A stretch of DNA of 64,000 nt, taken from the NCBI GenBank assembly GCA_964016885.1, contig OZ024755.1:186001-250000 (forward strand). The letters are read 5' to 3'. Positions 1 through 13,752 of the stretch are shown here, piece by piece. A program made the position numbers and the translations under genes. This DNA comes from Eledone cirrhosa. Taxonomy: Eukaryota. Below the pieces are notes generated by a model that saw only the letters and a list, made by a program, of their open reading frames with translations, ran no database searches and had not been told where the DNA came from. Every line of letters starts with the position of its first letter. Positions within the stretch are counted from its first letter, which is position 1.

Positions 1-683
1 CTCCTGTTGAATCAATGACAAATATCACAAGTAGTAACTTGAAACAAGATAACTCAGGATTTATAAATATAACAGTTAAACAACAACAACAAAAGTCTGG
101 CAAAGATCAATAAATGTTTAAACTGAAAGATCATAAGCAAAACCAATTCAACAAACATTGAATTTTAACACTTTTGATATCAACCCACCTGAAACAGCCT
201 CTGGTTCTATAACACAAAACTGTTTGTTTTAAAGTGTTTATATTTATAACAGGAGTTGTGACCAGTAGATAGTAACAGCAATAGAAAGACAGATGGAAAC
301 ATTGTTTCCTTGGTCTGATTTGACAAGTTCTACACCACTCGCTAAGCGAATAAGGTCTGGGGTCTTGATATATTTATCTAAAACCTTCTTACAATTTTAT
401 GTTAGTTTTCAAAGATCAGCTTAATAATGAAAAGTTTGTTGTATTATTAAATCCCTTAACATCTTTTGATTATTTAAAACATTAATTGAAAATCATAGGC
501 AGTATCTTCATTAGAAATAATAATTAATTAGTTAACATAAACTAAATGATTTTAATATACTTTATTTGACATTTGAAATAAAAGATTCTGTTAAAAAAGA
601 CACTACAGGTATCATACAGAGAAGTGGGAAGAACTATGAGGGTGGTGAGTGGAGTTGAAGTATATCTAGTGTAAAATCATTAA

Positions 684-925
684 CCCTTTAAATACTAACT
701 CTTCCAAAACTGCTGCTAATAAATTTAATTTTCACATTTAAATTCACATCTTGAACTGAAATCACATTATTACATATCAGATAATATTAGATTCTAGTAG
801 TTAAATATTGTTATAAAGTTGAAAAAAGTTGGTTATTTCGCTAAACCCTTCTTAATTCTTGATTATTTTGGTAATTAAATACACAAAGACAGAATATTCT
901 TGTTAGAAATATAATAATGAAAGGG
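684..925 (+). mobile_element. piggyBac-like MITE
   Basis: TTAA|CCCTTT ... AAAGGG|TTAA; body related to other dispersed copies (about 165-540, 38744-38950, 39360-39540, 42156-42385). Confidence 0.6.
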
Positions 926-1363
926 TTAATCTTTGGAGCACTGCCAGGCCAATATATCTAATTTGATAACAAAAACACAATACATTGGTGATATATTAGC
1001 ATAAAATGTAATGATCTTCATACGGATTTTCTATTTCTACTGTTTTTGACAATCTAGAGTTTGGTTTTTGCTATATAGTAAAAGAAAGGCCACTGTGTTA
1101 ATAGGGTTAATAATGGAAAATAGGAAAACAAAAATTTGTTAAATCAAACAAAAACAGTCATCTAAGAGAAGAAAAATAAAATTTATAAAACTATTGAAAT
1201 ACCATTTGATTGTATTGTTCTGGTTAGTTGGGAGCTGGAATATACGGTTGTTTTGTACTCTTTGAAAGTATTCTCTACTAAGAACAACTAACTTGAAATT
1301 ACAGAAGGCATGGATGAATCACTTTCTTAAGACAACTAACTATTCATTAAAGAATGTAATCTA

Positions 1364-1756
1364 TGAGAGCAATCCCAAAAGTAAGGTCTCTTTCCGATAT
1401 TGCAACTTTTCCATTAAAATCCTGTGGATGGTGCTTCGGGAAACCTCAGGAACCAAAATGCAGAGAGCATCCAGAGTGATCCGCCGATCTTTACACATAT
1501 TTTACTCGGAAGGAGACCTTTCTTTTGGGATTGCCCTCTATATAATAACTGCGTGAAATTCGCACTTGGCGGTAGCGTTCAACGAGAGCTCCATTCTCAA
1601 CGGCCGCCAAGCCAAGATTGAGCATCCCAGCGAAGCGCGCGCATGCTTGTTTGGGAGTGAAGGAAGCACCAATCACAACAGTGTTGCCAACAACCGTACG
1701 AACAGTTTCTCTGCATCCCCATCGCTTTGAAGACTTTACTTTTGGGATTACCCTCG
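1364..1756 (-). mobile_element. Internally deleted mariner-family DNA transposon with three TIR copies
   Basis: TIR (C/T)GAGGG(C/T)AATCCCAAAAGTAAGGTCT at 1364 (+), 1513-1539 (-) and 1731-1756 (-); TA at both outer ends; the minus strand encodes mariner-like MELSLNATAKCEFHAVI (ATG 1594) and the HTH piece KDRRITLDALCILVPEVSRSTIHRILMEKLQYRK. Confidence 0.75.
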
Positions 1757-1961
1757 TATTTTGGATTTTTCCTGGTGATAAACGTTGTTATTTGTTCAAA
1801 TTAGTAAATTCATTAGTTAATTCTTAGACCTTTTCCTTGAATCAATAAAAGAGTCAGAATGTAGTTAATACAAAGAAAACATTGTCAAACTAGTTTTCGA
1901 AAAGTTATTGTAATCAATGAAATGTTCATAGGAAAATTCTAACTTTATCGGAGGTTAAATC

Positions 1962-2215
1962 TAAAAGTTTAAAGTTTGTCTCGAACCCAGAGACTCATCA
2001 GGCCGGGGCTTATCTCAGTTTTCATGGCATTAAGCGACTAAGAGTTCAAGACTCCCCACTGCTAGTCCATTATAGAGTTAAACCCTACCCCCAGCTACTG
2101 CTAGTACTCATTTTCAGCTAAGTATACTAGAGAAACATGAAATGAAGTGTTTTTCTCAAGAACACAACACAGTCCAAGAATTGAACCCACAATGACTGTA
2201 AATCCAACACCTTTA
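1962..2215 (-). mobile_element. tRNA-derived SINE
   Basis: Reverse complement resembles 58676-58948: B-box-like GGTTCAATTC, central CTTGAGAAAACACTT, 3' GCCTGATGAG...GAGACAAACTTTAAAC tail. Confidence 0.7.
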
Positions 2216-4912
2216 CAATTTATTACTTTCAAAATCATTTCAAAACCATAAACAGTGTCTTTCATTAGAAATATGGTAATAAAGGGGTTAAATATATCTC
2301 AGGTGTACATGATATACAAGTGTTAGGCTTAGTCATAAGCTATGTCTCAGATTTAGATGTGATATAAAACTCAGATCTGTTGATCATCCATCCACCAGTA
2401 GACTTTAGCTACTTGATTGGTTGGGTTTTATGCATCTGTAGATGATGTGATGTTATTTCTATGTTTATTAAACCATAAGATATTATATATCTCACATTTG
2501 AAAAATAAGTCTTAGATTTACAGGTTATAGACATTTCATATTCAGATGTTTTTATCAACCTCAGATTTAGATGTTAAATAAAACTAAGATTTAGATATAA
2601 TACAAATCTCAGATCTAGATATTAAACATGTCTTTAACTTAGATATATAAACCTCAGATTTAGATCTAAAATATTTCATATTTAGTAAATGTTAGACCAA
2701 TATCTGTATGAGACAATATTTTTTCTTTCTACACAGAGAAGGCTGACCTTATTTTTTACAATTACTTTAGGAACTAATTCATTTTTCTAATGAAATACAC
2801 TTCCTATAATTTCCAAATAATTTTGATAAAAAAAAAAAAAATTAAATAGATTTAGTAAAATAACTCTTTCATTGTATATCTTGCGTTTGGGGCATAATGT
2901 AAATGTTCTTAATTCTTACATAAAATTATGATGAAGGCTTTTTAGACAAAAAAATATATATACAGTGTTGTATTATGGAACCATGGGTGATTTTTAGGCA
3001 GATTAGTCTCAAAAGATTTAATGACATATCCTTGTTTCTTTATACACCTGTACTTGTGTTCCATTTTATTTCCTTGATTTCAGGTTAGAACAGTGATGTA
3101 CAGACATGTAATAAAAATGGCTATAAGGCAACAACACATTAAGCACCAACCATTTTAAGTTTGAAATAGAATAAAGACAGAAAGTACTTTGAAAAGTTAG
3201 AGGAAAAGAAATGTGATTGTTAGTTTTAGTGGTGGAGTTCATTTGAAGGTTATAAATAGTATTTATAAATGAAAGAACTTAATACTGATGTAGTAACTTA
3301 ATGATGATAATGATGATGATGACAATGTTGATGCATGTAAATTGATGTTGAAATAATGCTTTTAAATTTAGAATAACAAAAAGTAAAGAATGTTTAACCA
3401 ATTAATTAGAAATACATATTGACTGCAACAACAACAAAAAAAATGTAACAAAAAAATTTACTGCACTAGTTGCTATATTTGAAACACAAGAGAATTATTT
3501 TCTTTCCCAGATACAGAATTAAGTTCTTTGATGTATATTTTAGCAGAAGGAAGTTTGTATTCCAGTGAAATAAAGCAGAGAAGACTTGGTGAACTTGAGA
3601 TATTCACCAGTTGGATTATCGTGTATGTTCTGTAGTCACATAGTTATATCTACTTGGAATAAATAATACAACACATGACAAGATTGACATGTAATTTACA
3701 AACGGGGGGTGGGGGGTGGAATAAGGACCCTGCACCTAATGTAGATTAAGATTTGACATATTGAGATGATAAATTTGTAGGTTTGTCCCAAGAGTTTGAC
3801 TGCAGAGTTCTATACAAGAGAACTTATGTATACAACAACCATACTCTACCAGCACAGGAGATACATTGATATACGTCTCATAAAAATGAGGTTGAATATG
3901 TTAATGTTGTGAATGATGATGATGATTATAATGATTTAAATAATGTATTTAAAATTAATGTACAAAGTATGTTATACACAACAACAGCAACAACAAAAAA
4001 AAAATAAAAAAACAACCCCAACAGCAAACAAACAATAAAATAATAGAAAGCTAAGCTGAAGACGTAATTAATTAGAAACAATAATTTCACAAGCTGTCCG
4101 TTCACTACTAACCACCAAAGACAAATAATAAAAAAAAAAAAAAAAGAAAAAAAAAAGTAACTACATAAAATACACAATATACACACATTTAAATAAAATC
4201 TAGGTTATTGTATTTCATTATCATAGTTTTTTTTTTGTTTTCTTTAAAGTAATGTCAAAATATAATTGTTTTGAAATATTACATTGAATATTCCTTACAT
4301 TTTAAACTAAATTTGTTTTGATATTTTAAAACATAATTATTGATTTCTCACACTGTAATAATAATAATAATGTAGGCACAAAGTCTCAGGTTTGAGCAAA
4401 GATGAGGTGGGGGTGGGGTTGATAGGTGACTATATTGACACTAGTATTTGACTGGCACTTAGTTTTATCAGTTCCTGGAAGGATTTAAAAACAAAGTCAA
4501 CCCCTATGAGAATTTAATTAAAAAAGTAAAAAGGATGGATTTAAATACCACAAGGTATTTTTTCTATTTACTCCATCAATTCTCCTATATTCAAGCCAAC
4601 AAGTATTTTAATCTATTCATAACCTATTTCTAATTAAATACAATCTATTTTAATTTAGTTAATTAAGAATTTTGAAGGATTAATCAATTATTAATTATTT
4701 CATTTCTGAAATAGTAACTTAACATATAGCTTTCATATAAAATTATGTTGGAAGTTCTCAATTTAAATAGGAACTTTTTAAAATGGGTGGTTTTGTTTCA
4801 TAGAACTAGAGCTGGTTTTGGTTGGGTTACTATCAAAACACTTAAGATCATTTTCACTACTAAAGTGGGAGTTAGGCTCGTGGACCTCATAACAGGCTTT
4901 ATACTCAACAAA

Positions 4913-6127
4913 GGTAGAACTAGAGAATAAATTCCAAACCTGGAAGCAGGGACTAGAGAGAAAGGGTCTCAAAGTCAACATGACAAAGACTAAGGTCCTT
5001 GTAAGTAGACGAGAAAACAGAACCCAGATCCCCTCAGGGAAATGGCCTTGCTCAGTATGTAGGAAAGGTGTAGGTAGGAACTCCATTCTCTGCCCCAAAT
5101 GCAAACAATGGGTACACAAGAGATGTAGCAGGATCTCAGGAAGCTTAATTAAGAATGTAGGATTCACATGCAGCAGCTGTGCTGAAACAGCAAGCAGCAA
5201 ACAGCCACAGGAAACAAGTACCACCAATCTCTGGGAGGGCCCTGTAGAAACAGTAGACAGCTTCTGCTACCTAGGTGACCGAATTAGCAACGGAGGTGGG
5301 TGTTCAGAAAGTACAATAACTAGGGTAAGAACGGGATGGAAGAAGTTTAGGGAACTACTACCACTGCTAGCTGCAAAAGGCTTCTCCCTCAGAATGAAAG
5401 GCAGACTGTATGATGCGTGTATCCGAACAGCGATGTTGCATGGTAGTGAGACCTGGGCGCTGAAGGTGGAAGACTTACGTAGATTAGAGAGAAACGAAGC
5501 CTGCATGCTCCGATGGATGTGTAACAGTAATATACATGAACAACAAAGCATAAATGAAAATGAGAGAGAGACTGAGCATAAGAGGAATCAAATGCTGTGT
5601 GCAGGAGAGGCAGTTGCGCTGGTATGGACATGTGATGCGTATGAAGGATGAAAGCTGCATAAAAAGGTGCAGAGCACTAGAAGTTGATGGAAACCGCGGA
5701 GTGGGGAGACCCAAGATGACCTGGGATGAGGTGATAAAAGCCGACCTTACCCAACTACACCTCTCAAAGTCAATGACACACGACCGTGACTTCTGGCGTC
5801 ACGCAGTAATACAGAGTACCCGACCTCCCATGGGTACATGCTGAAGCATATAAACAATATGCCCCCACACCTCCCACCGCAAGGTGGTCGTGGAGGTGCC
5901 ACAGCAAAAAAGCACCCAGCCCACACTGTAAAGTGGACGTGTAGGCGCCACGAAAAAGCACCCAGCACTCACTGTAAATGAGGTTGGTGTTAGGAAGGGC
6001 ATCCAGCTGTAGAAATCAAGCCAGATCAGTTCCTGTATGAGCAAGGCATGGTCAGCCGACCAGACACTGCACACAACAGGACAACCTGTCTAACCCATGC
6101 TAGCATGGAAGAACGGACGTAAAACGG

Positions 6128-6163
<36 letters not shown>
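4913..6163 (+). mobile_element. RTE-clade LINE, subfamily A, 5'-truncated (RT C-terminus, PHD finger, 3' UTR, (TGA)n tail)
   Basis: ORFs 4980..5651 and 5554..5844 are one frameshifted frame (VNMTKTK...FCYLG...RLRWYGHV...GRPK.TW); near-identical to 13753-16185 and 26000-27286. Confidence 0.92.
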
Positions 6164-6164
<1 letters not shown>

Positions 6165-9100
6165 AGGGCCCTTTGGGGACAATATTTTAAAATTGGGTGC
6201 CTTTCCTGGTACCAACCCTTTAAGCTGTGTCTCATGACATGCTGCGATACATACATAAATATTGAAAGTGAAAATAAGTCTAAATCCATCTCATATTCAT
6301 TTGGGTTTTCTGGGGGTCGATGCCCTCAATAAAAACTTCATGTCTAATTGCTACATCAATGATAAGTCATCAGACAAAAATGTCCACGCCCCTCCATGCT
6401 ATTGACTATGTCTGAACTTATGAAGATGATGTGTAAGCAAAATATAATCTAAATGAGTGGTTAGGGTTAGGTCTCTTGTCTAAACATAGACATGAGACCA
6501 CAATGTTTAGGGGGTGGGGAAAACTACTTTTGATCAACTTCAGTATTTGACAAAGTTTAACATAGAGCACAAGACCACATTTTTTTATGAGGGGGGGGGG
6601 GGGGGGGGGCTATATTTGATCAACCTCAGTATTTGACAGAGACTTATAGAACATGAAAAGATGGAGAGAAAGTTTTCCTAGGTGGGATTTGAACCCAGAA
6701 CATTAAGGTAAGCAACTAAATACTGCACAGTCTGGCATTCTACCAATTCTGTCAATCTACTGCTGAAAGTGAGAGCAGCTATATTTCCTTTCATCTAAAT
6801 TTAATTTCATAAAAGCTTAAAGTTATAGCAAGCCATGAGTTTACATGATGCAAAAATATTCTGCATGAATACAACAGAACATACATCTATTGAAGCATAT
6901 TTTATGAATAAATATACATATGCATGCGTTGGCATAGAGAAGCATGCACGCATGTGCATACACATGCACCTTACTTAGAAATATTTTGAAAGGGAACTGA
7001 CCTGCTGCATGTATTGAAATTGATATTGATGCATTTTCAAAGAACTACGTTAGCCATTTATTAAATTTACATGTTATTTCGAGTGAATTAAATAGTTTAT
7101 TTGCTTAATAAATAGCTAATATGACGTTGCCATGACACAGTTGAGTCCCTAACTCATTAGACTGACAGTCAAACAAATAACTACAGATAGGAATTAATAT
7201 ACATAAAATCATGCTTCTGAAACTGTTGGGAGCTGAATCTTAGATAATAAATAATTCAAGATTAGAAACACGATACTACCTTCACATGAAAATTTAACAT
7301 TTTTCTCTCAACTGGTTTTTATTTAGTTTCTGATTCATTAGTTATCAATCAAACAACTAATACTAAAAAATAAGAAGAAATAAAATTGATTCCTTTTATA
7401 TAAATTCATTCGTTAACTTGCCTGACAGCTTTATTTATTACCAAAGTAGAGTATACTGAATCTCCACCATATTTTGAGCCTTTTCTAACTATCAAACCTA
7501 TCCTAGATCAACACCTCAGCTTTATATATGCTTGTTTCAACCCTAGGGACTCATCAGGCAAGAGTTAATACTAGAGAAGCCAGTCAGTCACAAGTTTAAC
7601 TTCCTGCTGCTGGTACTCAATTTTTCCAGATGATTGGAAAATGAAGTACCTTTTCAAGAACACAAAGCACATTCCTAGCCTTATACTCGAGAGCCTAAAG
7701 TATCACTACCCCTAGGGCATGTGCCTTCATATATATATATATAAAATGTACTTTAACTATTCGTCTAGTGTAAATTTTCATAATGATTTGTTCACTAAGC
7801 AAGATAATATAAACATTTGAATTAGCAAACTTGATTTAGATATTTTCTGATAACAGGTTTGTTCATTCCAATGTTTATAGTATCTTGCTTAATGGACAAA
7901 TCATTGTGAAAATTTACAGTAAACTAATTTTTAAACTCACAATGCAGTTTTCTACTTTTTAGGAATGTCTTGCTAATGTGGGTTGATGTGGTACAAGACA
8001 TTAAGAGTTAAAGGAAACGGAAATTTAAGCATTTAGCTACACTGCATGTATGTAGAATAAACAGAATTAACTAGTTTAATTCACACATATGCAATGTTGG
8101 TTGGAAACTTAGATTTAATCTAATGTACATTCTGGTGTCAAAACACACACTGCCAACAAGGTGCTGCTTATCCAAATTGGATTCTTCAATTTAATGAGGT
8201 CCTTTATTCAAGTGGTTATAAATACAATGTCTTCTAGTACAGTTATAGTATAGAAAAGGCTGTGTGTATCTGGTTTAGAATAGATACACAATATCCCTGT
8301 GAGTTGTAAGAAGTAACTAAAAGGGCATTTGGCTATAAAACATTGCTTCAAAATATCCTGTCCAACCCTTGCCAGCATGGTTGAAGGGTGTTTATATCTC
8401 GGCATAACACTATTCAAATATATGAAAACAAGCAAATAAAAGAGTCTCTATGGGGTTCACAATGATTTTTCTATTAAGCTCTAGAAAGAGCAGTCAAATC
8501 ACACTCTTGGATAATGTAGTCATAGATATGCAGAGCTTGAGACAAAGGATGAGATTTTTGGTCTGAGGTCTATTAAGTCAAGGTTTACCTAAGACTAAAA
8601 AACAGCCATAGTTTACTTAATCACTGATTCTACTTAACCTTTTAGCATTTACATTACTCTATATTTACTATTATATTTTCATGGAAGAGGCTTTACCTCA
8701 TATAATTATCTCATGTGAGAGAGAGAGGAAAGTGAGAAAAAGTAAGAGAAAAGAGAGAGGGATAGGGAGCAATATGTTATGGTAGTAGTAGCCTCATGTT
8801 GTAATTGAATAACAACAACAAAAAAAACCAAATGCAATGTCTTCTTGATTTATTATCAAAATAAATTATTAAATTCAATTATTTTAAATGGATTTGAAAT
8901 TCACTTATACAAAGGTTTTACATAAATATGTTTATAATATCATGACAAAAAAAAATGAAAATAGAAAATAGAGAGGGGAGAGAAATGGAAAGGAGCTAGT
9001 CTCTATACCAGCCATGGGCAACATAGGATGTGGCTCATCATAAGACCAAACTGTTCTACACCTTTAGATGGATGTTAGGTTTCAGTTGTGCCCTGAAGGT

Positions 9101-10121
9101 AAAGATGGTGAAAGTGTTGTGGAGAACAGTTAGTGATATCTCTTGAAAGCAGTGCCCCAGTATGGCCACAGACTAATGACTGAAACCAATAAAGAAGTGG
9201 AAAAAAAAAGAAGAGTATCCATTCAACTAATTTCTTCTATCATCACAGACGTATTTATTTGTGGTTTACTTTGCTGACAAAACAAAACTGATTAAGAGAA
9301 GCCAAAAATGTAAAGCCAGTAGTAAAGCAATGGAGAGAATTATTCTGAAATTGTACATTGCAAGATTGGAGAAGGTGTGACTTGATAGACAGATCAATAA
9401 TATAGATATTGAGCTTATTGTAGGTTTTTGGTTTTGCTGTTCACTGTAGCAAGATGTGTCAGTTCAGTTAATCCAATGACTACAGTCGAACTGAAAGTCT
9501 TCGCTGCAATAACAAACATTTTAAAGCTATTTTGGACAAAGCTTACATTAACTTAATTTTGACTGATAGTTTGCTATACAAAGCATAGTATAGGAATTGA
9601 TTTGAAAGCAGAATCAAAGTTATAAAATGAGGAAAAGGAAAGAAATGATAGAATGTTGGAGTATATGAGTTTAGTGTAGATTGAAAACAAAAATAAAAAA
9701 AATGGTCTTGAATAGCAGTATTATTTGTATAGAGATGTCAAGTTATTAACCGTTAAAAGGAAAATTACGAGTAAATATAAAGATATTATCTGTTAGACGA
9801 GGCATATTTTGACGGTAAATGAAATTAGATTGAACATGTAATTTTAGCTTCCTCGCTATAGCATTCATCATCTTTCTCTCGGGACACAATTGTCGTACTC
9901 CGTGTAACTGACTTGAAAGGGGGAGTTAAGTCAATGCAACAACAAAATGATATTGTCGAAAAGAACCCTCCCACCCTCAGAAATCAAACAGCTTTCACTT
10001 TTAACCTTTTAATGAGGTAATCTTTTTTTTTCTATTGCTGTTTGACACATTGGGTCTGATTTAAAATTTCTGTTTAACTCTCATTACTGTATATTTTTAA
10101 CTATTAATATACATTCTAATC

Positions 10122-10280
10122 CAAGGCAGCAAATTGGCAGAGTCATTAGAATGTTGGATAGAATGCATTGCAGTATTCATTTCAGCTCTATGCTTTCTGA
10201 GTTTAAATTCTGCTGAGGTCAACTTTGCTTTTCATCCATTCGAGGTCGATAAAAAAAGTACCAGTCAAGTACTGAGGTTG
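10122..10280 (+). mobile_element. SINE, second family
   Basis: GAGTTTAAATTC B-box-like motif then GAGGTCAACTTTGCTTTTCATCC...GTCGATAAAA..AAGTACCAGT; related copies near 11985-12135, 30460-30600, 50452-50580, 52200-52340, 57155-57340, 60385-60515. Confidence 0.65.
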
Positions 10281-12210
10281 ATTCTTCCTCTACATCTCTT
10301 TCTCATTTCCTTTCTCTCACTCTATCCTTCTCTAGATGAAATCAACTGTACTCAGATCTGGAGAATTGGGCTCTGCCAATCTAAAAATACCTTAGAAACA
10401 CTGCATACCAATATGGTGCCCTATGACTTCCTGGGGAGTTGTGGGACCATACATACACACTAATATTAACATCAATAACTTAGAAACTTTAATGGCAAGA
10501 AATATTGTTTCTGTCTAGAGTCCAAAGTTAATCTGTCGACCAGTTTAACACCACCCCCACCAACAGGATTTTGGGTGCCTTTAACAGATTTCATTCTGTT
10601 GCAAGCATTCAAGGTAGGTTTGTTCTCTGAGGATAACTTCCTCTATTCTCCCAAGTTTCAGAGATCCTGAAAAGGATTATAGGTATTTCCCATTCTATTG
10701 TAAGTCATACAAAAACATAATAATAACAATAATAATCATCAACTGGAATGTTATAGGAGGTAGAATTGTAATTATTCAATCATCATCATCATTTTACGTC
10801 CACTTTCCCTGCTTGCAAGGGTGGGACGGGAACTGATTCTGGCTTGATTTCTACAGCTGGATGCCCTTCCTAACACCAACCTTATTTACAGTGAGTGCTG
10901 GGTGGTTTTTGCCGTGGCAACTACACGACCACTTTGCAGTGGAATGATAGGAACCCCAGTCCCTATCATCTCATTTCTACAGCTGAGTAAACTGGAGCAA
11001 TATGAAATAAAGTGTCTTGCTCAAGGAAACAACACATCACCCGGCCAATGCTCTAACCACTAAGCCATGTGCCTCAATGTCAGTTATATTCATATAAGTT
11101 TTACAATAATAGAGGAAGGAACACTATAACACTTTTGTATAGTCTCTACCTAGCTTTTGAGATAATCAATAACGTGTGTTCAATATTATAGAATGGAAGA
11201 AAAAACAAAACAAACAATCCAAGATAATCAAATATGTTGCCTGTTCTATCATATATTTTATATTTACTCAAATTTAAAAAAAAATCAATATCATTAGTGT
11301 TTACCTTTAGTGCTTTAATGTTTATTAGAAGCTAAAATGGTGGATTGGCAGATCAATTAAAGCATTGAACAAAATACTTTATGGTGTATTATATAGTTTT
11401 GTCTCTTTAATATCTGAGGTGAAATCCTGCTGGGGTCAATAAAATAAGGCTCCAGTAAAGTGTTAGAGTTTAACCATGCAATGGACTGGTGTCCTATCCA
11501 GGGAGGGAGTTTTGTACTCTCAGTCACTTAAAACCATGGAAACCAGAATAAGCACCAGCCTGATAAGCCTTTGGGCTTGAGACAAACTTTAGACTTCAGA
11601 AAGTACTAGGGTTGATTAGCTTGGTACACATTGCTGCCACAGTGGGTTTCTTAGCTTGGCACACCCCTGCTCCAGCACTGGGTTGCTTAGCTTGGCAGTA
11701 ATTGCATTTATATGGAGATATAATATGAATGGAAACTACATGATGAGTAAATTGATTTTGTGATAGGAAAGCCCTTAGAGAGAGGTAAACCAGAGAAAAG
11801 ACATGATATGAGTCGTGAAATTAAATCTAAGATAGCTGGACATCAGGGAAAAAAGACAATATAGAACCAAGATTTGAGCATATACTGTGTTATAAACCTG
11901 TCCTAAATATGCTAGCATTAAGAAAGGAATGTTATGATGATGATGATGGTTGTTGTGGTGATGGTAATTATTATTATTATTGAGGGAGGTGGATGGGTGG
12001 AATCATTAGAGTATCCAACAAAATGGTTTTTGATTTTTAGTTACAAATCTCTGTTCTGAGTTCCAACCCAGCCAAGGTTAGCATTGCCCTTCATCCTTAA
12101 AGGATCGATAAAATAAAGTACCAGTAACATACTGAGTTTGATTTAAATTATATATATGTGTGTGTATGTGTATGTGTGTGTGTTTGTGTGCATGCATGAT
12201 TATATATAAA

Positions 12211-12296
<86 letters not shown>

Positions 12297-12453
12297 CAGA
12301 GTTATCCAAGTGAAATGTAGTCGTTTTATTTCAAAGAATATATACAATATATAGAGTTAAGTGTTTGATGAATCTTTGGTGTGGAAAGTTAGAGAGCTTC
12401 AGTCAACAAAACATTGCATCTTCATATAAAACTGAGATGTGTTGATATGTAGG

Positions 12454-12510
<57 letters not shown>

Positions 12511-13752
12511 TATATATACACACATACATACACACTCACACAAATAAATAAATATGTACACACACTCACATATACTGTAACAGAAGCAACATAACAACAA
12601 ACGGAAGACCAAGAAATAGTATGGAGAAGGTTGAAAGAATTGGTTTATTTAATGTAAACATATGAAAGAAAGGAGAGTAAGTTTACATGAATGAAATGAC
12701 AGGAAATTAAAAGGACCTGATATTGTTTACTGATGAAGAATATTGGAGGTGAAAATAGATAATATGAACTGGATGAGTAGAAACAGCAGATTAATTAGAG
12801 GAGATTGAAGACAATTATCTAAGATTATACACACACATACAGACACACACATATATATATATACATATATAGGCACACATACATATTGACACATATAGAT
12901 AACACATATACATATGCACACATATATGTATTAATGCATATAGACACACATACATATATACAAATGCACATACAAAAAATAGATACATACACATACATCA
13001 TCATCATCATGGAAAAATAGATGTTAAATTATGATGATGTTGATATATACAAACGCATATAGATGCATATAAAAAAGTAGTTACTCACATATATATAGAG
13101 ATATACACACATTCATGTACACATATATATATTTGTATACACACATATTAAAAAAATATTCAGTCATGGCTAACTATGGGCTTGTATCTTAATCACTAGG
13201 CTGTATGGATTAAAAGAGTTGACATATTCTGTGGCTAAACTGGTCAGATGACCACACCTTGCTTATACAGAGCAGTTTGGTTTCTATAGTTGGATGTCCA
13301 TCCTAACAGCACTCCAGAATAACAAGGTTCATTACTTAGCGATAGTAAATATTTAAACTCTACTTTTGTATTGAGTACTTTTGCTTATGGCCATCAATAA
13401 TATACACACATTAGTTTTAGGTATATATGATTAAAATGATATTTCGTATCCCTAGACTCATATAAAGATAAGGTTAAATTTTAAAAAGTTTGTTTTATGA
13501 TAGACACAGGAATATTTGAGTATGTCGAAAACAATACAAAAAGTATGTAACAAAAACTAGAGTATTATTTAATGTCCAATAATAACAGAAGTGCACTAAA
13601 TATATACCCATCATATTACAGTTTTTATTGCTTCCTGTAGTTTCAAATAAGAAGATTGCTAGGAAAAAATTTGAAAAGATAGGAATATATTAGAAAAATA
13701 GTTATGTTTACTGAAATCTCATTCTCTCTCTCTTTCATATGTATGTATGTAT

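Noticed and set aside
1975-2010. CTGATGAG hairpin in SINE tails (also about 7530-7560 and 11560-11590) resembling a hammerhead
   Set aside because: No correctly placed GAAA, stem III or stem I; better explained as the LINE-derived 3' stem-loop of the SINE.
9460-9915. Short open frames after minus-strand AG sites (EDFQFDCSHWIN*; SVTRSTTIVSREKDDEC...), and a plus frame from 3511
   Set aside because: Too short, no homology recognised, and expected by chance.
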